64,000 nucleotides of DNA from Gammaproteobacteria bacterium (GTDB lineage Bacteria; Pseudomonadota; Gammaproteobacteria; Steroidobacterales; GCA-2729495): assembly GCA_021462865.1 (NCBI GenBank), contig JAJTYX010000059.1:552-64551 (forward strand). Direction: 5' to 3'. Shown in pieces: positions 35,001 to 44,406 of the stretch. How positions within the stretch are numbered: the stretch's first letter is position 1; each line of letters starts with the position of its first letter. The notes under the pieces are model-generated. The model worked only from the letters and a program-made list of their open reading frames with translations, was not told the origin of the DNA and made no database searches. Made by a program: the position numbers and the translations under genes.

Positions 35001-36719
35001 TCAGCGGCCGTCGGCCGCTGATTCGCCCAGGGCATCGAGGAGCGGGCGCAGATGCTGCTCGTAACGCCGCCACGCCCGTACCGAACTGCCGTAGACCGGT
35101 TGTCGCACCTGCGCCGCGCTGCGCGTGCGCACCGCATGCTTCGCCTGGTGGAAGGACAGGCAGCCGGCGTCGAATGGCAGGCCGATCATGCTGAGTAGCG
35201 AGCGGATCCCCGTTTCGGGTTGCGCCACGAGGTCCTCGTACTGGACGTCCACGATCTTTCCCGGCAGGACGCGGCGCCAGTGTTCCATCAGGTCGCGATA
35301 CAGCGCGTAGTAGTGGCCGAGATCCGCGAGATCGTAGGTCCACTCCATGCCGGCGGTCGCAAACAGGTACTTGAATCCCGACAGGCAGGTATCAACCGGG
35401 TCGCGCCGGAGGTGGATGATCCGCGCGTTCGGCAACATGGTGGCGATCATGCCGATGCGCAGGAAATTGAAGGGCATCTTGTCGGTGACGTGCGGTTTCG
35501 AGGCGTTGCGGGCCCGCAGTCTCGCAAGATAACGGTCTGCCAGCCGTTGCCAGTCGGCGGCTTGCAGGCGCTCGACCGAGGCCGGCATGTCCTTCATGGC
35601 GGCAGTGCAGATCATCGCCAGGTCCGGCAACTCACCGCCGCCATGCACCATCGGGTGGCTCGCCAGGATCTGCTCGACCAGGCTGGTGCCGGAACGGGGC
35701 ATGCCGAGGATGAAAATCGGCGTCGCATCGCTCCGGCCAGGGCCCTGGCGCTGCGCCAGAAACTCCGCGGTGAAGGTGGCCTTCAGGCGCGCGAAATAGT
35801 CCTCGTCGCCGGCGGGCGAATACGACCTGATGCTGCGGCGCTGGTGGTTCGCCCCGGCAAAGTAGCCGAAGGCCTTGTCATAGTCGCCCAGGTCCTCGAA
35901 CGCCTTGCCCAGCCCGAATGCGTAGATCATGCGCTCGTCGGCGGAGGTCGTCGGCCGGTCGTGGAGCGCCTCCATGGCCTTGATCTCGGCGTCGTACCGG
36001 ACGTGTTTGCGCATCGTGGCGAGCAGTTCGTAGGTCCGGGCTGCCGGTTTCAACCGGATGGACGCCCGGTAGGCGGCTGCCGCGTCCTCGAGTCGCCCAA
36101 GATCGGACAGCACGTGGCCGCGGCTGCGGAGGATGTCGGGGTCGCCGGGGCGCAGTGCCACCGCCTTGTCGTAGGCGGCCAGGGCTTCCTCGGCGCGGCC
36201 AAGATAGCGCAGCGCCATGGCGAGACCGAGATGATTGAGAAACTCGTCCGGCTCGGTTGCGAGCGCCCGCCGGTAACAATCCACCGCATCTTCGTAGCGG
36301 CACAGGCGGAAACATGCGCCGCCGAGACTTCTCTCCGCCACGGTTGAGTCTGCCTTAACCTGCAGCGCATGGTCGATGACCTCCCAGGCTTCGTCGTACC
36401 GTTCGAGTTCCATCAGCGAGTCGGCCAGGTTGGCGTGCGCTGGAACGTGCTCGGGCGCGAGAGCGAGCACCTTGCGGAAACGCCCGATCGCGTCCTCGAA
36501 GCGTCTCGCCCGCTGATGCAACGCGCCGAGGCAGAGATTGGCCTCGACGTGCCGCGGCCGGGAGCGCAGGATCTTGCGGCAGGCCTTCTCGGCTGCCTCG
36601 TATTGGCCGGCCTGCAGGAACTGCCAGATGGGCTGCATGTCCTCCTTCTCGGAGGACTGCGAGGCCCGGCCGCCCAGGCCCAGGAATGCAAGCAGGCGGT
36701 TTGTGGTGCTTTCGGTCAT
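35001..36719 (-). CDS. TPR-repeat protein fused to a sulfotransferase domain
   Basis: The N-terminal half is TPR repeats. The C-terminal half carries the PAPS 5-prime-phosphosulfate binding loop FILGMPRSGTSLVEQIL and later RDPVDTCLS. Confidence 0.8.
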   Translation of the reverse strand: MTESTTNRLLAFLGLGGRASQSSEKEDMQPIWQFLQAGQYEAAEKACRKILRSRPRHVEANLCLGALHQRARRFEDAIGRFRKVLALAPEHVPAHANLADSLMELERYDEAWEVIDHALQVKADSTVAERSLGGACFRLCRYEDAVDCYRRALATEPDEFLNHLGLAMALRYLGRAEEALAAYDKAVALRPGDPDILRSRGHVLSDLGRLEDAAAAYRASIRLKPAARTYELLATMRKHVRYDAEIKAMEALHDRPTTSADERMIYAFGLGKAFEDLGDYDKAFGYFAGANHQRRSIRSYSPAGDEDYFARLKATFTAEFLAQRQGPGRSDATPIFILGMPRSGTSLVEQILASHPMVHGGGELPDLAMICTAAMKDMPASVERLQAADWQRLADRYLARLRARNASKPHVTDKMPFNFLRIGMIATMLPNARIIHLRRDPVDTCLSGFKYLFATAGMEWTYDLADLGHYYALYRDLMEHWRRVLPGKIVDVQYEDLVAQPETGIRSLLSMIGLPFDAGCLSFHQAKHAVRTRSAAQVRQPVYGSSVRAWRRYEQHLRPLLDALGESAADGR

Positions 36720-36741
36720 GTCGTGCCGCAGTGTACCGGCG

Positions 36742-37839
36742 CTAGGCGCGGGACGCGCGCTGCCCGCGCAGTATCGAGACGATCATGCCCAGCACGAATA
36801 AAGCCAGTGCCACGGCATTGAGCATGCCGCCGCCGCTGCGGACCTGCGCTGCACCTGCCAGTGTCCCGGCGATGCGTGCCAGCACCGACAGGTGCAGCAC
36901 CAGCAACGGCAGGTAGAACGTCACGTGATATGGCAGGCGCAGGCCGAGGACCGCGGGGAAGATGATCGGCGCGTGGCCGAATACCATCGAGAACACGAAG
37001 CCGAGCATGATCGCGTGCAGTCCCGCGTCATAAGCCGGCGTGCCCGGGGCGATCCCGCCGGTCGTGAGCAGTATCAGTGCGCCGATGGCGAGCCACGCAT
37101 AGCCGGCCAGCAGGCAGATGGCGATGAAGCGTGTGAGACCGTGCTCGCGCACGGTGCGCCGGGCGATGTCCTGGCGCAGCAGCCAGAGCGCGAGCGCCAG
37201 CAGCGCAGCGGGATACAGCGCCCGTCCCGCAGTTACGGTGGCGGCGCCCGGCAGCATGGCGATCAGCAAGGCGCTGACGATCGCGGCGAACAGCCACCGC
37301 GCCGCCGGCGAGGGCGGCAGGAAGCGCGACAGTTCGAGCCGCTCGCCGGCGATGGTCAGGACCAGGAATGCCATCCAGGGCGCCACCGCGGCCGTGACCG
37401 GTGCACCGTCGAGCCAGAGCAGGTTGCCTGCAGTCCATGCCGCTGCGCCGAGGGCGAGAGTCAGGGTGTGCAGCGCGCGCTGACGCAGGAAGACCTGCGC
37501 GGAGGCGCCGAGCAGCAGGAGACTGGCGGCACTGAGCAGGGCACTCGCTGCAGCATCCCCGGCGCCAGTGAGCATGGCCAGGCCGCTGAGCCCCGCGAAC
37601 AGCGGGGCGAGATACGCCCAGAGTGCGCCGAGCGCGACCGCACGCTCAAGGCTGATCACCGTGCCGAAGAAGGCACCGATCATGAGCACCGCGTGATCCA
37701 TCACCGAGGCGGCTCCCGGCGCCGGCGCCTGCCAGCCGATCCGCACGAGACCCGCCAGAGCTCCGGCCGCAAGGGAGAGCATCGCGAGCATCAGCAGGGG
37801 GACACGCCAGGGGCGCGGCAGGTCGGCGCTCATTACCAA
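36742..37839 (-). CDS. Polytopic integral membrane protein with conserved His residues (family not recognised)
   Basis: 365 aa, about 10-12 hydrophobic helices. His-containing helices DHAVLMIGAFFGTVISLERAVAL and HAIMLGFVFSMVFGHAPIIFP. The start overlaps the DUF59 gene end by 7 nt. Confidence 0.6.
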   Translation of the reverse strand: MVMSADLPRPWRVPLLMLAMLSLAAGALAGLVRIGWQAPAPGAASVMDHAVLMIGAFFGTVISLERAVALGALWAYLAPLFAGLSGLAMLTGAGDAAASALLSAASLLLLGASAQVFLRQRALHTLTLALGAAAWTAGNLLWLDGAPVTAAVAPWMAFLVLTIAGERLELSRFLPPSPAARWLFAAIVSALLIAMLPGAATVTAGRALYPAALLALALWLLRQDIARRTVREHGLTRFIAICLLAGYAWLAIGALILLTTGGIAPGTPAYDAGLHAIMLGFVFSMVFGHAPIIFPAVLGLRLPYHVTFYLPLLVLHLSVLARIAGTLAGAAQVRSGGGMLNAVALALFVLGMIVSILRGQRASRA

Positions 37840-38153
37840 CCGAAGTGTTCGCGTGCCTGCGCGCTCATCATGGCGGGCTCCCAGGGCGGATCCCAGACCA
37901 GCCTGACTTCGATGGTCGTGCCCGCGGGAAGCTGCGCGGCCAGCACGTCGCGCGCTTCACCGGCAATCATCGACCCCATCGGGCATGCGGGCGTCGTCAT
38001 GGTGAGATCCACCTCGAGCCGGCCGTCTGCCAGCCGTATGTCATAGACGAGCCCGAGATCCACGATGTTCACCCCGACCTCCGGGTCCAGGACCTGGGTC
38101 AGGGCCTCGCGCAGGGCCTCCACGGTCGGCTCGGGCGGAGCGGGGGTCGACAT
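37833..38153 (-). CDS. DUF59 / SufT-like metal-sulfur cluster assembly factor
   Basis: ORF 37833..38189; ATG at 38153 (MSTPAPPEPT). Motif LTQVLDPEVGVNIVDLGLVYDI...TMTTPACPM. Confidence 0.8.
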   Translation of the reverse strand: MSTPAPPEPTVEALREALTQVLDPEVGVNIVDLGLVYDIRLADGRLEVDLTMTTPACPMGSMIAGEARDVLAAQLPAGTTIEVRLVWDPPWEPAMMSAQAREHFGW

Positions 38154-38176
38154 CGCGGCATCATGACGAAGAACGA

Positions 38177-38758
38177 CTACCCCCGCCACATACGCCGCAG
38201 CACGCCGTCCCTGCGAACGTACTCGTGCCAGAGCGCCCCGACCACGTGCAGGCCGAGCACAACGGCGCCGATCTTCCAGCAGGCCTCGTGAATTTCGCTG
38301 AAGAGGTCGCTCGTGAACGGGGAATCTCCGGTGGCCTGGGGCACGATCCGGAAGACGTGGTCCCAGCCGAAGAAATAGATCGGAAACTCGCCGTCATAGG
38401 CGGACAGCGCGGCCCAGCCGGTGAGCGGGAAGATCAGCAGCAGGGCGTAGAGAGCGGTGTGGGTCGCACGCGCCGTCAGGCGCTGCCAGGCGGCCAGCCC
38501 TGCGGGAAGATCCGGGGCAGGGTTCTGCAGCCGCCAGCCGAGTCGCGCGAGCACCAGCATCAGCACGAGGAAACCGTTGGTGTTGTGCGCCCGGGAGAGC
38601 GTCATCACCAGCGCCGTGTCGCCCTTGCCGGCGAGCCACGCGTCGTAGGCATCGACCATCCAGAAGCCAAGCGGCACCTGCGCGGCGATCATCAACGCCA
38701 TCAGCCAGTGCAGGCCCCGCGCAGGCCAGCCCCAGCGCATTGCGGTGTTGCGGATCAT
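38177..38758 (-). CDS. Cytochrome b561 family protein (CybB-like)
   Basis: ORF 38177..38779; ATG at 38758. N-terminus W-x-x-x-x-RGLHWLMALMIAAQ, and four TM helices with conserved His (HWLMA, HNTNG, HTALY, HEACW). Confidence 0.8.
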   Translation of the reverse strand: MIRNTAMRWGWPARGLHWLMALMIAAQVPLGFWMVDAYDAWLAGKGDTALVMTLSRAHNTNGFLVLMLVLARLGWRLQNPAPDLPAGLAAWQRLTARATHTALYALLLIFPLTGWAALSAYDGEFPIYFFGWDHVFRIVPQATGDSPFTSDLFSEIHEACWKIGAVVLGLHVVGALWHEYVRRDGVLRRMWRG

Positions 38759-38842
38759 CACGACCCGTCGCTGTGGCAAGCGGCCATCATGCGGTCGGGA
38801 ACTCCCGGCTCCGGACGCACGCCGCGCACCGTGCTGCGGCCG

Positions 38843-39958
38843 TCATGCGCTGCCGGGGGCATCCGGTGTGCCATTGCGCCGGGCGCCCGGGTTTTGCAGT
38901 ACCTGCTCGGCCCTTGCGATGACATCGCTGGCCCGGATCAGGTCCATGGCCGCAGGGTCGCGTACCCGCTGGCCGAAACGCAGTTGCGAAACGGGTACGC
39001 CGAACTCGCGGCGCACGGCTTCGGGGTACGCGTCCACGACCAGATCCTGGCAGAAATACGGCCCGGTTCGGTGGCGATTGGAGGTGGCGTAGAGTCCGAT
39101 CACCGGCGTGCCGACGGCGGTCGCCATGTGAGCCGGTCCGGAGTCCGGGCAGATCAGGAGAGAGGCGCGCTCGAGCAACGCCAGCAGTTGCTTGAGGCTG
39201 GTTTGCCCGATGAGGTTGGTGACGGGCGCGCGCGTCGCGGACGCGATCGCGGTGCCGTAGGCACGCTCGACCGCTGTCGGGCCGCCAGTCAGCAGCAGCT
39301 TCGCGCCGAACTGCTGCTGTAGCCGGTTGGCGACCTCGGCATAATTTTCGGCGCGCCAGTCACGAAAGTTGCGGAATCGCTGGCTGCTGCAGGGGCTGAT
39401 CACCACCAGCGGCGCCGCGCCGCGCGCATGTGACTCGGCGAACGCGCGATCGTCGTCGCTGAGGGGAATGTCCCAGCGCAATCGTCGCTCGTGGATGCCC
39501 AGGTGCCCGATGAACCCGAACAGGCCGTCCATCACGTGCTGATCGGCGTGCGCGGCGATCCGCTCGTTGGTGAACAGCCACTGGTAGTCGCGGGCACGGC
39601 TGCGGTCGAAGCCGATGCGCCGCGCAGCACTCACCACGCGGCTGGCGAAGTTCGCGCGCATGGAGGCGTGCATGTGCAGGAGCACCGGGAAGCGTCTGCC
39701 GCGGGTCTGCGCGCGGAGGTGCGTGAGACCGGCCCGGGGTTGGTTTTTGTCGAAGGTGATAAACTCGACGCCGTCCACGCCCTTCATCAACTCGTACTCG
39801 GTCCGGCCGATGACCCAGGTGATGCGCGTGTCGGGCCAGGCTGACTGCAGGGTGCGCAGCACGGGCAGCGTGTGGCAACAGTCGCCGATGGCCGAGAGCC
39901 GAATGACACAGAGCGATTCCGGCCACTGCCCTGGCGTTCGACCGGATGAAAAGGCCAT
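38843..39958 (-). CDS. Glycosyltransferase family 9 (LPS heptosyltransferase, WaaC/WaaQ-like)
   Basis: ORF 38843..40117; ATG at 39958 (MAFSSG...). Motifs LCVIRLSAIGDCCHTLPVLRTL and ICPDSGPAHMATAVGTPVIGLY. Confidence 0.75.
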   Translation of the reverse strand: MAFSSGRTPGQWPESLCVIRLSAIGDCCHTLPVLRTLQSAWPDTRITWVIGRTEYELMKGVDGVEFITFDKNQPRAGLTHLRAQTRGRRFPVLLHMHASMRANFASRVVSAARRIGFDRSRARDYQWLFTNERIAAHADQHVMDGLFGFIGHLGIHERRLRWDIPLSDDDRAFAESHARGAAPLVVISPCSSQRFRNFRDWRAENYAEVANRLQQQFGAKLLLTGGPTAVERAYGTAIASATRAPVTNLIGQTSLKQLLALLERASLLICPDSGPAHMATAVGTPVIGLYATSNRHRTGPYFCQDLVVDAYPEAVRREFGVPVSQLRFGQRVRDPAAMDLIRASDVIARAEQVLQNPGARRNGTPDAPGSA

Positions 39959-40694
39959 GCGTTCGGTGGAGCGTATAGAGCGGATCGCGGACGGTGCCAT
40001 CCTATACGATGGCACCATCGTCAACCACATGAAGGCGGACTGGTTCGACCCCGCGCACTGGCCGGCGGCGCGCGTGGCGCCCGGTGATTCCGGCGGGCGC
40101 GGCGCCACCCTGTTCATTCACTGCGAGGGCCAGGACTGGGTCCTGCGCCATTACCACCGTGGCGGCGCTGTGGCCCGGTTTGCACGCGATGGATATCCCT
40201 GGCTGGGCGAAGACCGCACCCGCTCGTTTGCGGAATGGCGCCTGCTCGACCGCATCCGCAATGCCGGCCTGCCCGCGCCGCGGCCCGTGGCGGCCCGCTA
40301 TCGGCGCCGGGGCATGGTCTACCGGGCCGATCTGATCACCGTGCTGATTCCTGGAGTCGTGCCTTTGTCCACGTACCTTGCCGGGCGGCAGGTGGACGAG
40401 GCGGTGTGGCGCACCGTGGGCGCTTGTATTGCCCGCTTTCACCGTGCAGGTTTCTTTCACGCCGACCTCAACGCGCACAACCTGCAGATCAACGAGCGCG
40501 GCGAAGTCTTCCTGCTCGATTTCGATCGTGGTCGTGAGCGGCCAGCCGCCGGTGCCTGGCAGCAACGCAACCTCGCCCGGCTGCGCCGTTCGCTCATGAA
40601 GATCAGTGCCGACGGTGCGGTGCGCTTCACGGGGGAAAACTGGTCGGCACTCGTCTCCGGCCACGGCGCGGAGCTGTCTGCCGTGCGTTCCTGA
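39957..40694 (+). CDS. kdkA: 3-deoxy-D-manno-octulosonic acid (Kdo) kinase
   Basis: ORF 39615..40694; ATG at 39957 gives 245 aa. Motifs VLRHYHRGG, EWRLLDRIRNAGLPAPRP and HRAGFFHADLNAHNLQI. Confidence 0.8.
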   Translation: MRSVERIERIADGAILYDGTIVNHMKADWFDPAHWPAARVAPGDSGGRGATLFIHCEGQDWVLRHYHRGGAVARFARDGYPWLGEDRTRSFAEWRLLDRIRNAGLPAPRPVAARYRRRGMVYRADLITVLIPGVVPLSTYLAGRQVDEAVWRTVGACIARFHRAGFFHADLNAHNLQINERGEVFLLDFDRGRERPAAGAWQQRNLARLRRSLMKISADGAVRFTGENWSALVSGHGAELSAVRS

Positions 40695-40721
40695 GCGTCG
40701 CGCATCCTGGTGCCGCGCGCG

Positions 40722-41669
40722 TCAGCGATACGGGTCCGGGAAGCCTTCCGGGCGCCCCTTGAAGCGGCGGTGAACCCAGTAATACTGCTCGGGCGCCTGC
40801 CGGATTTGTGCTTCGAGCAGCGCCAGGACGCGCTGTGTGTCGGCCGCGACATCGCCGCTCGGAAAATCCTCCAGCGCGGGCAGGATGCTCACGCGATAGC
40901 CACTCCCGTCGGCCAGGCGCTGCGGGAAGTACGGCACCACCGGGGCAGCACTCAGGCGCGCGATGGCGGTGAGCGCGCCGTTGGTCATCGCGGGCTCGCC
41001 GAAGAACGGCACGAGCACGCTGTGCTGGCGCCGATAGCTCTGGTCGGCTGCGTACCACACCGCGATGCCCTGTTTCAGGACGCGCAGCAGCCCGCGTATG
41101 CTGTCCTTGGGGATGACAAACTGCACCGCCCGTGCCCGCGCCCGGCGCAGAAACTCGTCGAGCAGCGGGTTACGGACGGGCCGGTACAGAACGCCGTATT
41201 GAGGCACCAGGGCTTTCATCGCTCGTCCCGTGATCTCACCGCCGGAAAAGTGGCCGCTGACGACCAGCACGCCACGCCCGCAGCGAAGCGCATTGCTGAG
41301 GTTCTCGAAACCCTCGATGCGGACCAGGGACTGGATGCGCCGGTCGCTGGCCCACCAGGCCATGCCCAGTTCGAACAGGCCGATTCCCAGTGAGGAGAAA
41401 TGCCGGCGCAGCAGGCGGGCACGTTCGCGCTCGCCGAGTTCCGGAAAGCAAAGGCGCAGGTTGACCGCCGCCACCCGCCGCCGTTCGCGCAACAACAGGC
41501 AGAGCAGCCGGCCAAGCCCGGCGCCCAGCGCCAGCTGGACCCGGAAGGGCAGCACGATGAGCAGGCGCAGCAGCCCGGCACCGAGCCACAACGGCCAGTA
41601 GCGCGGGTGCCAGAAACCAGACAGCGATGCGCGTTGTCCCGATGGAGCGTTCATGCGGCTTGGCAGCAC
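40722..41669 (-). CDS. lpxL: Lipid A biosynthesis lauroyl/myristoyl acyltransferase (LpxL/HtrB family)
   Basis: Motifs [12 protein letters not shown] (N-terminal anchor), [19 protein letters not shown] (catalytic H) and [10 protein letters not shown]. Start 41669 or 41651. Confidence 0.85.
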   Translation of the reverse strand: MLPSRMNAPSGQRASLSGFWHPRYWPLWLGAGLLRLLIVLPFRVQLALGAGLGRLLCLLLRERRRVAAVNLRLCFPELGERERARLLRRHFSSLGIGLFELGMAWWASDRRIQSLVRIEGFENLSNALRCGRGVLVVSGHFSGGEITGRAMKALVPQYGVLYRPVRNPLLDEFLRRARARAVQFVIPKDSIRGLLRVLKQGIAVWYAADQSYRRQHSVLVPFFGEPAMTNGALTAIARLSAAPVVPYFPQRLADGSGYRVSILPALEDFPSGDVAADTQRVLALLEAQIRQAPEQYYWVHRRFKGRPEGFPDPYR

Positions 41670-41784
41670 ATGCTAGGTGCGGGGCGGGTTCCGGGAAAGG
41701 GGCGGCAAGCGGGAAGACCCCGGTCCCGGGCGCGGCAAATTGCGTCAGCACCCCCAAAGAAGGCAACAACCGCCACGGCCGGGG

Positions 41785-41816
41785 GTTGAATTATCGCCTG
41801 CGGCAACCACCTAATA
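41785..41816 (+). promoter_or_regulatory. Weak sigma32-like promoter candidate upstream of htpX
   Basis: GTTGAAT (41785-41791), 15 nt, then CCACCTAATA (41807-41816), compared with the consensus CTTGAAA-N13-17-CCCCATNT. Imperfect -10. Confidence 0.3.
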
Positions 41817-41845
41817 CGCAACCCTTGGATATGAGGAGACCCCAG

Positions 41846-42733
41846 GTGAAGCGAGTTTTTCTGCTGATCGCCACGAATATCGCGGTGTTGCTCGTGCTGT
41901 CCGTGGTGGCCCGGGTGCTCGGCCTGGACCGGGTCATCGACGAGCAGGGCGGGATCAATTTCCAGGCGTTGCTCCTGTTCTGCGCGGTGTTCGGATTCGG
42001 CGGCGCGCTGATTTCGCTCGCCATGTCCAAGTGGATTGCCAAGCGCAGCACGGGCGCGCGGGTCATCACCCAGCCGCGCGATGCCACGGAAGCCTGGCTC
42101 CTCGAGACCGTGCAGCGGCAGGCGCGGCAGGCCGGCATCGGTATGCCGGAGGTCGCGGTCTACGACGCGCCGGACGTGAACGCCTTCGCAACGGGCGCGC
42201 GCCGCGACAGCGCGCTGGTCGCCGTCAGCACCGGGCTCCTGCAGCGGATGGAGCGCCGCGAGGTCGAGGCTGTGCTCGGCCACGAAATTTCCCACGTCGC
42301 CAACGGCGACATGGTGACGCTCACCCTGATCCAGGGGGTGGTGAACACGTTCGTGTTGTTCCTGTCGCGCGTGATCGGCTACGTGGTCGACCGGACGGTG
42401 TTCCGCTCGGAGCGCGATCATGGGCCCGGTTTTTTCATCACCACCATTGTTGCCCAGCTGGTGCTGGGCGTGCTCGCCAGCATGATCGTCGCCTGGTTCT
42501 CGCGGCAGCGGGAGTTTCGGGCGGATGCCGGCGGAGCCAGCCTGGCCGGCCGCGATGGCATGATTGCGGCGCTCGAGCGGCTGAAAAGCGCGCACGAACC
42601 CAGCGCATTGCCCGATTCCATGAAAGCCTTCGGCATCTCCGGCGGCCGCGCCTCGCGGTTTTTCATGTCGCATCCGCCGCTCGACGAGCGCATCGCCGCG
42701 CTGCGTAACGCGTCGCAGCCGAAACTCGGTTGA
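41846..42733 (+). CDS. htpX: Membrane zinc metalloprotease HtpX
   Basis: ORF 41627..42733. GTG at 41846 is 7 nt after GAGGAG (41833-41838) and gives 295 aa. HEISH zinc motif ([12 protein letters not shown]). ATG at 41831 is the alternative start. Confidence 0.9.
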   Translation: MKRVFLLIATNIAVLLVLSVVARVLGLDRVIDEQGGINFQALLLFCAVFGFGGALISLAMSKWIAKRSTGARVITQPRDATEAWLLETVQRQARQAGIGMPEVAVYDAPDVNAFATGARRDSALVAVSTGLLQRMERREVEAVLGHEISHVANGDMVTLTLIQGVVNTFVLFLSRVIGYVVDRTVFRSERDHGPGFFITTIVAQLVLGVLASMIVAWFSRQREFRADAGGASLAGRDGMIAALERLKSAHEPSALPDSMKAFGISGGRASRFFMSHPPLDERIAALRNASQPKLG

Positions 42734-42738
42734 CCGCA

Positions 42739-42767
42739 GGGCCGGGGTCTGCCGTCGGCCCCGGCCC
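42739..42767. terminator. GC-rich hairpin between convergent htpX and the AstE-like gene (possible bidirectional terminator)
   Basis: GGGCCGGGG (42739-42747) and CCCCGGCCC (42759-42767) form a perfect 9-bp stem with an 11-nt loop. No U tract. Confidence 0.45.
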
Positions 42768-44119
42768 TACTCGGTATCCTGCCTGAGGTCGGACTCTTCC
42801 GTTTCGACCGATTCCCGGTCGCCGTCTTTGCCGTTCGCGTCCTTCGGTGCGGCATACGCCAGTGCCGGAGGGCCTTGTTGCGCTTCGGTTCCGAGGTGGA
42901 AGGCGGCGAAACCGGGCATGACGACCTGGTTCACGGCCATACCGATGACGCGGCCCTCGAAGGGCGCGTAGATAAGGTTCTGCTCGTTGCTGATCGGGTC
43001 CGTGACCGTGCCGAGGATGTCGCCCGCCCGCACCGTCTGGCCCAGCCGCACGACCGAGAACAGCACGCCGCCGTGATCCGCGCGCACCCAGCGGGAGTGG
43101 TAGTACACCGGCTCGGGCTGCTTGAGGAGCGTCGCGCGCCGGATCATGCCGAGCGAGCGCAGCAGGCGGTTGACGCCGGCTACGCCCTGTTCGACCTGGC
43201 GTGGCTGCAGCCGCAAGGGCTCGCCGGCCTCCATGATCACCGCAGGGATGCCGGCGTCGGTCGCCGCGCGGCGCAGCGTGCCGGGTGAGGCTTCGTCATT
43301 GAGCACCAGCATGCCGCCGAAACCGTGCGCGAGTTCTGCCACGGACGGCTGCGACAGATCGGCCCGCACCTGCGGCAGGTTGTTGCGGAAAAACGAGCCG
43401 GTATGCAGGTCCACGACGACATCGCATTTGCGGATGATCTGCTCGAACAGGGAATAAGCGATCCGCGCCGCCGAACTGCCCTGGGGATTGCCGGGGAAGA
43501 ACCGGTTGAGGTCGCGCCGGTCCGGCAGGTAACGCGAGCCGCGCCGGAAGCCGTGGATGTTCACGATCGGCATTCCGATGACCGCGCCCTTCAGTTCGTT
43601 GGCGGCCAGTTCCTGGAACACTCGCCGAACCATCTCGATGCCGTTGAGTTCATCGCCGTGCACGGCTGCGGTCAGGCACAGTACGGGCCCTGCTTCGCGT
43701 CCGTTCACGACCAGCACCGGGGTCTCGCTGCTCATGCCTTCGAAAATACTGCTGGCCGACCACATCAGCCGCGTGACGGTGCCCGGCGGGATCTGCTCGC
43801 CGAGCACCTCGAGCGTGCCCGGAGGCAGCGCGGGTGCAGCGGCCTCGGATGATGTCGGCGCAGGCGCCGCCGTTGCGGCGATTGCCGGTACGGGCGGGCC
43901 GTCGGGCGCCGGCATAGCCGGTTGTGCCGATGCCGCGGGAGCCGGTTCTGGCTCGGTCGCAGCCGGCGCGGCGCGATCCGGCAGCGCCGCTTTCGGCGGC
44001 GCAGTGGCTGCGGGCGATCCGTCCGGGCCCGAGCCGCAGCCCGTGAGCGCGCAGAGGATCAGCAGCGCAGCCAGGCGCGGAATCTGAGCCACGGATGACG
44101 TGTCGGGTACGCGCTGCAT
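42767..44119 (-). CDS. Succinylglutamate desuccinylase/aspartoacylase (AstE/AspA, M14-like) family lipoprotein
   Basis: ORF 42767..44293; ATG at 44119 (MQRVPD...). Lipobox LTGCGS. Ala/Pro-rich linker. Zinc motif AAVHGDELNG and DLNRFFPG ... VVDLHTG. Confidence 0.8.
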   Translation of the reverse strand: MQRVPDTSSVAQIPRLAALLILCALTGCGSGPDGSPAATAPPKAALPDRAAPAATEPEPAPAASAQPAMPAPDGPPVPAIAATAAPAPTSSEAAAPALPPGTLEVLGEQIPPGTVTRLMWSASSIFEGMSSETPVLVVNGREAGPVLCLTAAVHGDELNGIEMVRRVFQELAANELKGAVIGMPIVNIHGFRRGSRYLPDRRDLNRFFPGNPQGSSAARIAYSLFEQIIRKCDVVVDLHTGSFFRNNLPQVRADLSQPSVAELAHGFGGMLVLNDEASPGTLRRAATDAGIPAVIMEAGEPLRLQPRQVEQGVAGVNRLLRSLGMIRRATLLKQPEPVYYHSRWVRADHGGVLFSVVRLGQTVRAGDILGTVTDPISNEQNLIYAPFEGRVIGMAVNQVVMPGFAAFHLGTEAQQGPPALAYAAPKDANGKDGDRESVETEESDLRQDTE

Positions 44120-44406
44120 CGCTGGCTCGCTACCGGGGGTCGCTCGGATGGATGGCCGGATGCGCATAAGCATCACGGCAAGATAGGTAAAAGAGTGGCT
44201 CGAAGGCGTGAAACAGTAGCAGTTTTGTAAAACCGCTTGAAGCTGGCGCGCGTAGTGCAGACGCGGCCACAGCCCTGCGGTGCACGCGGTCATGTTCAGT
44301 TATGTGAATCCTTTCGTCTCCGGCCAGCCCCATGCCGGGCTAGGCTAGGCGTGCGGTGACGCGCTTCGGCTGTGTGGCTGGCCGGCGCTTGCTTTGACCG
44401 GGGCGA

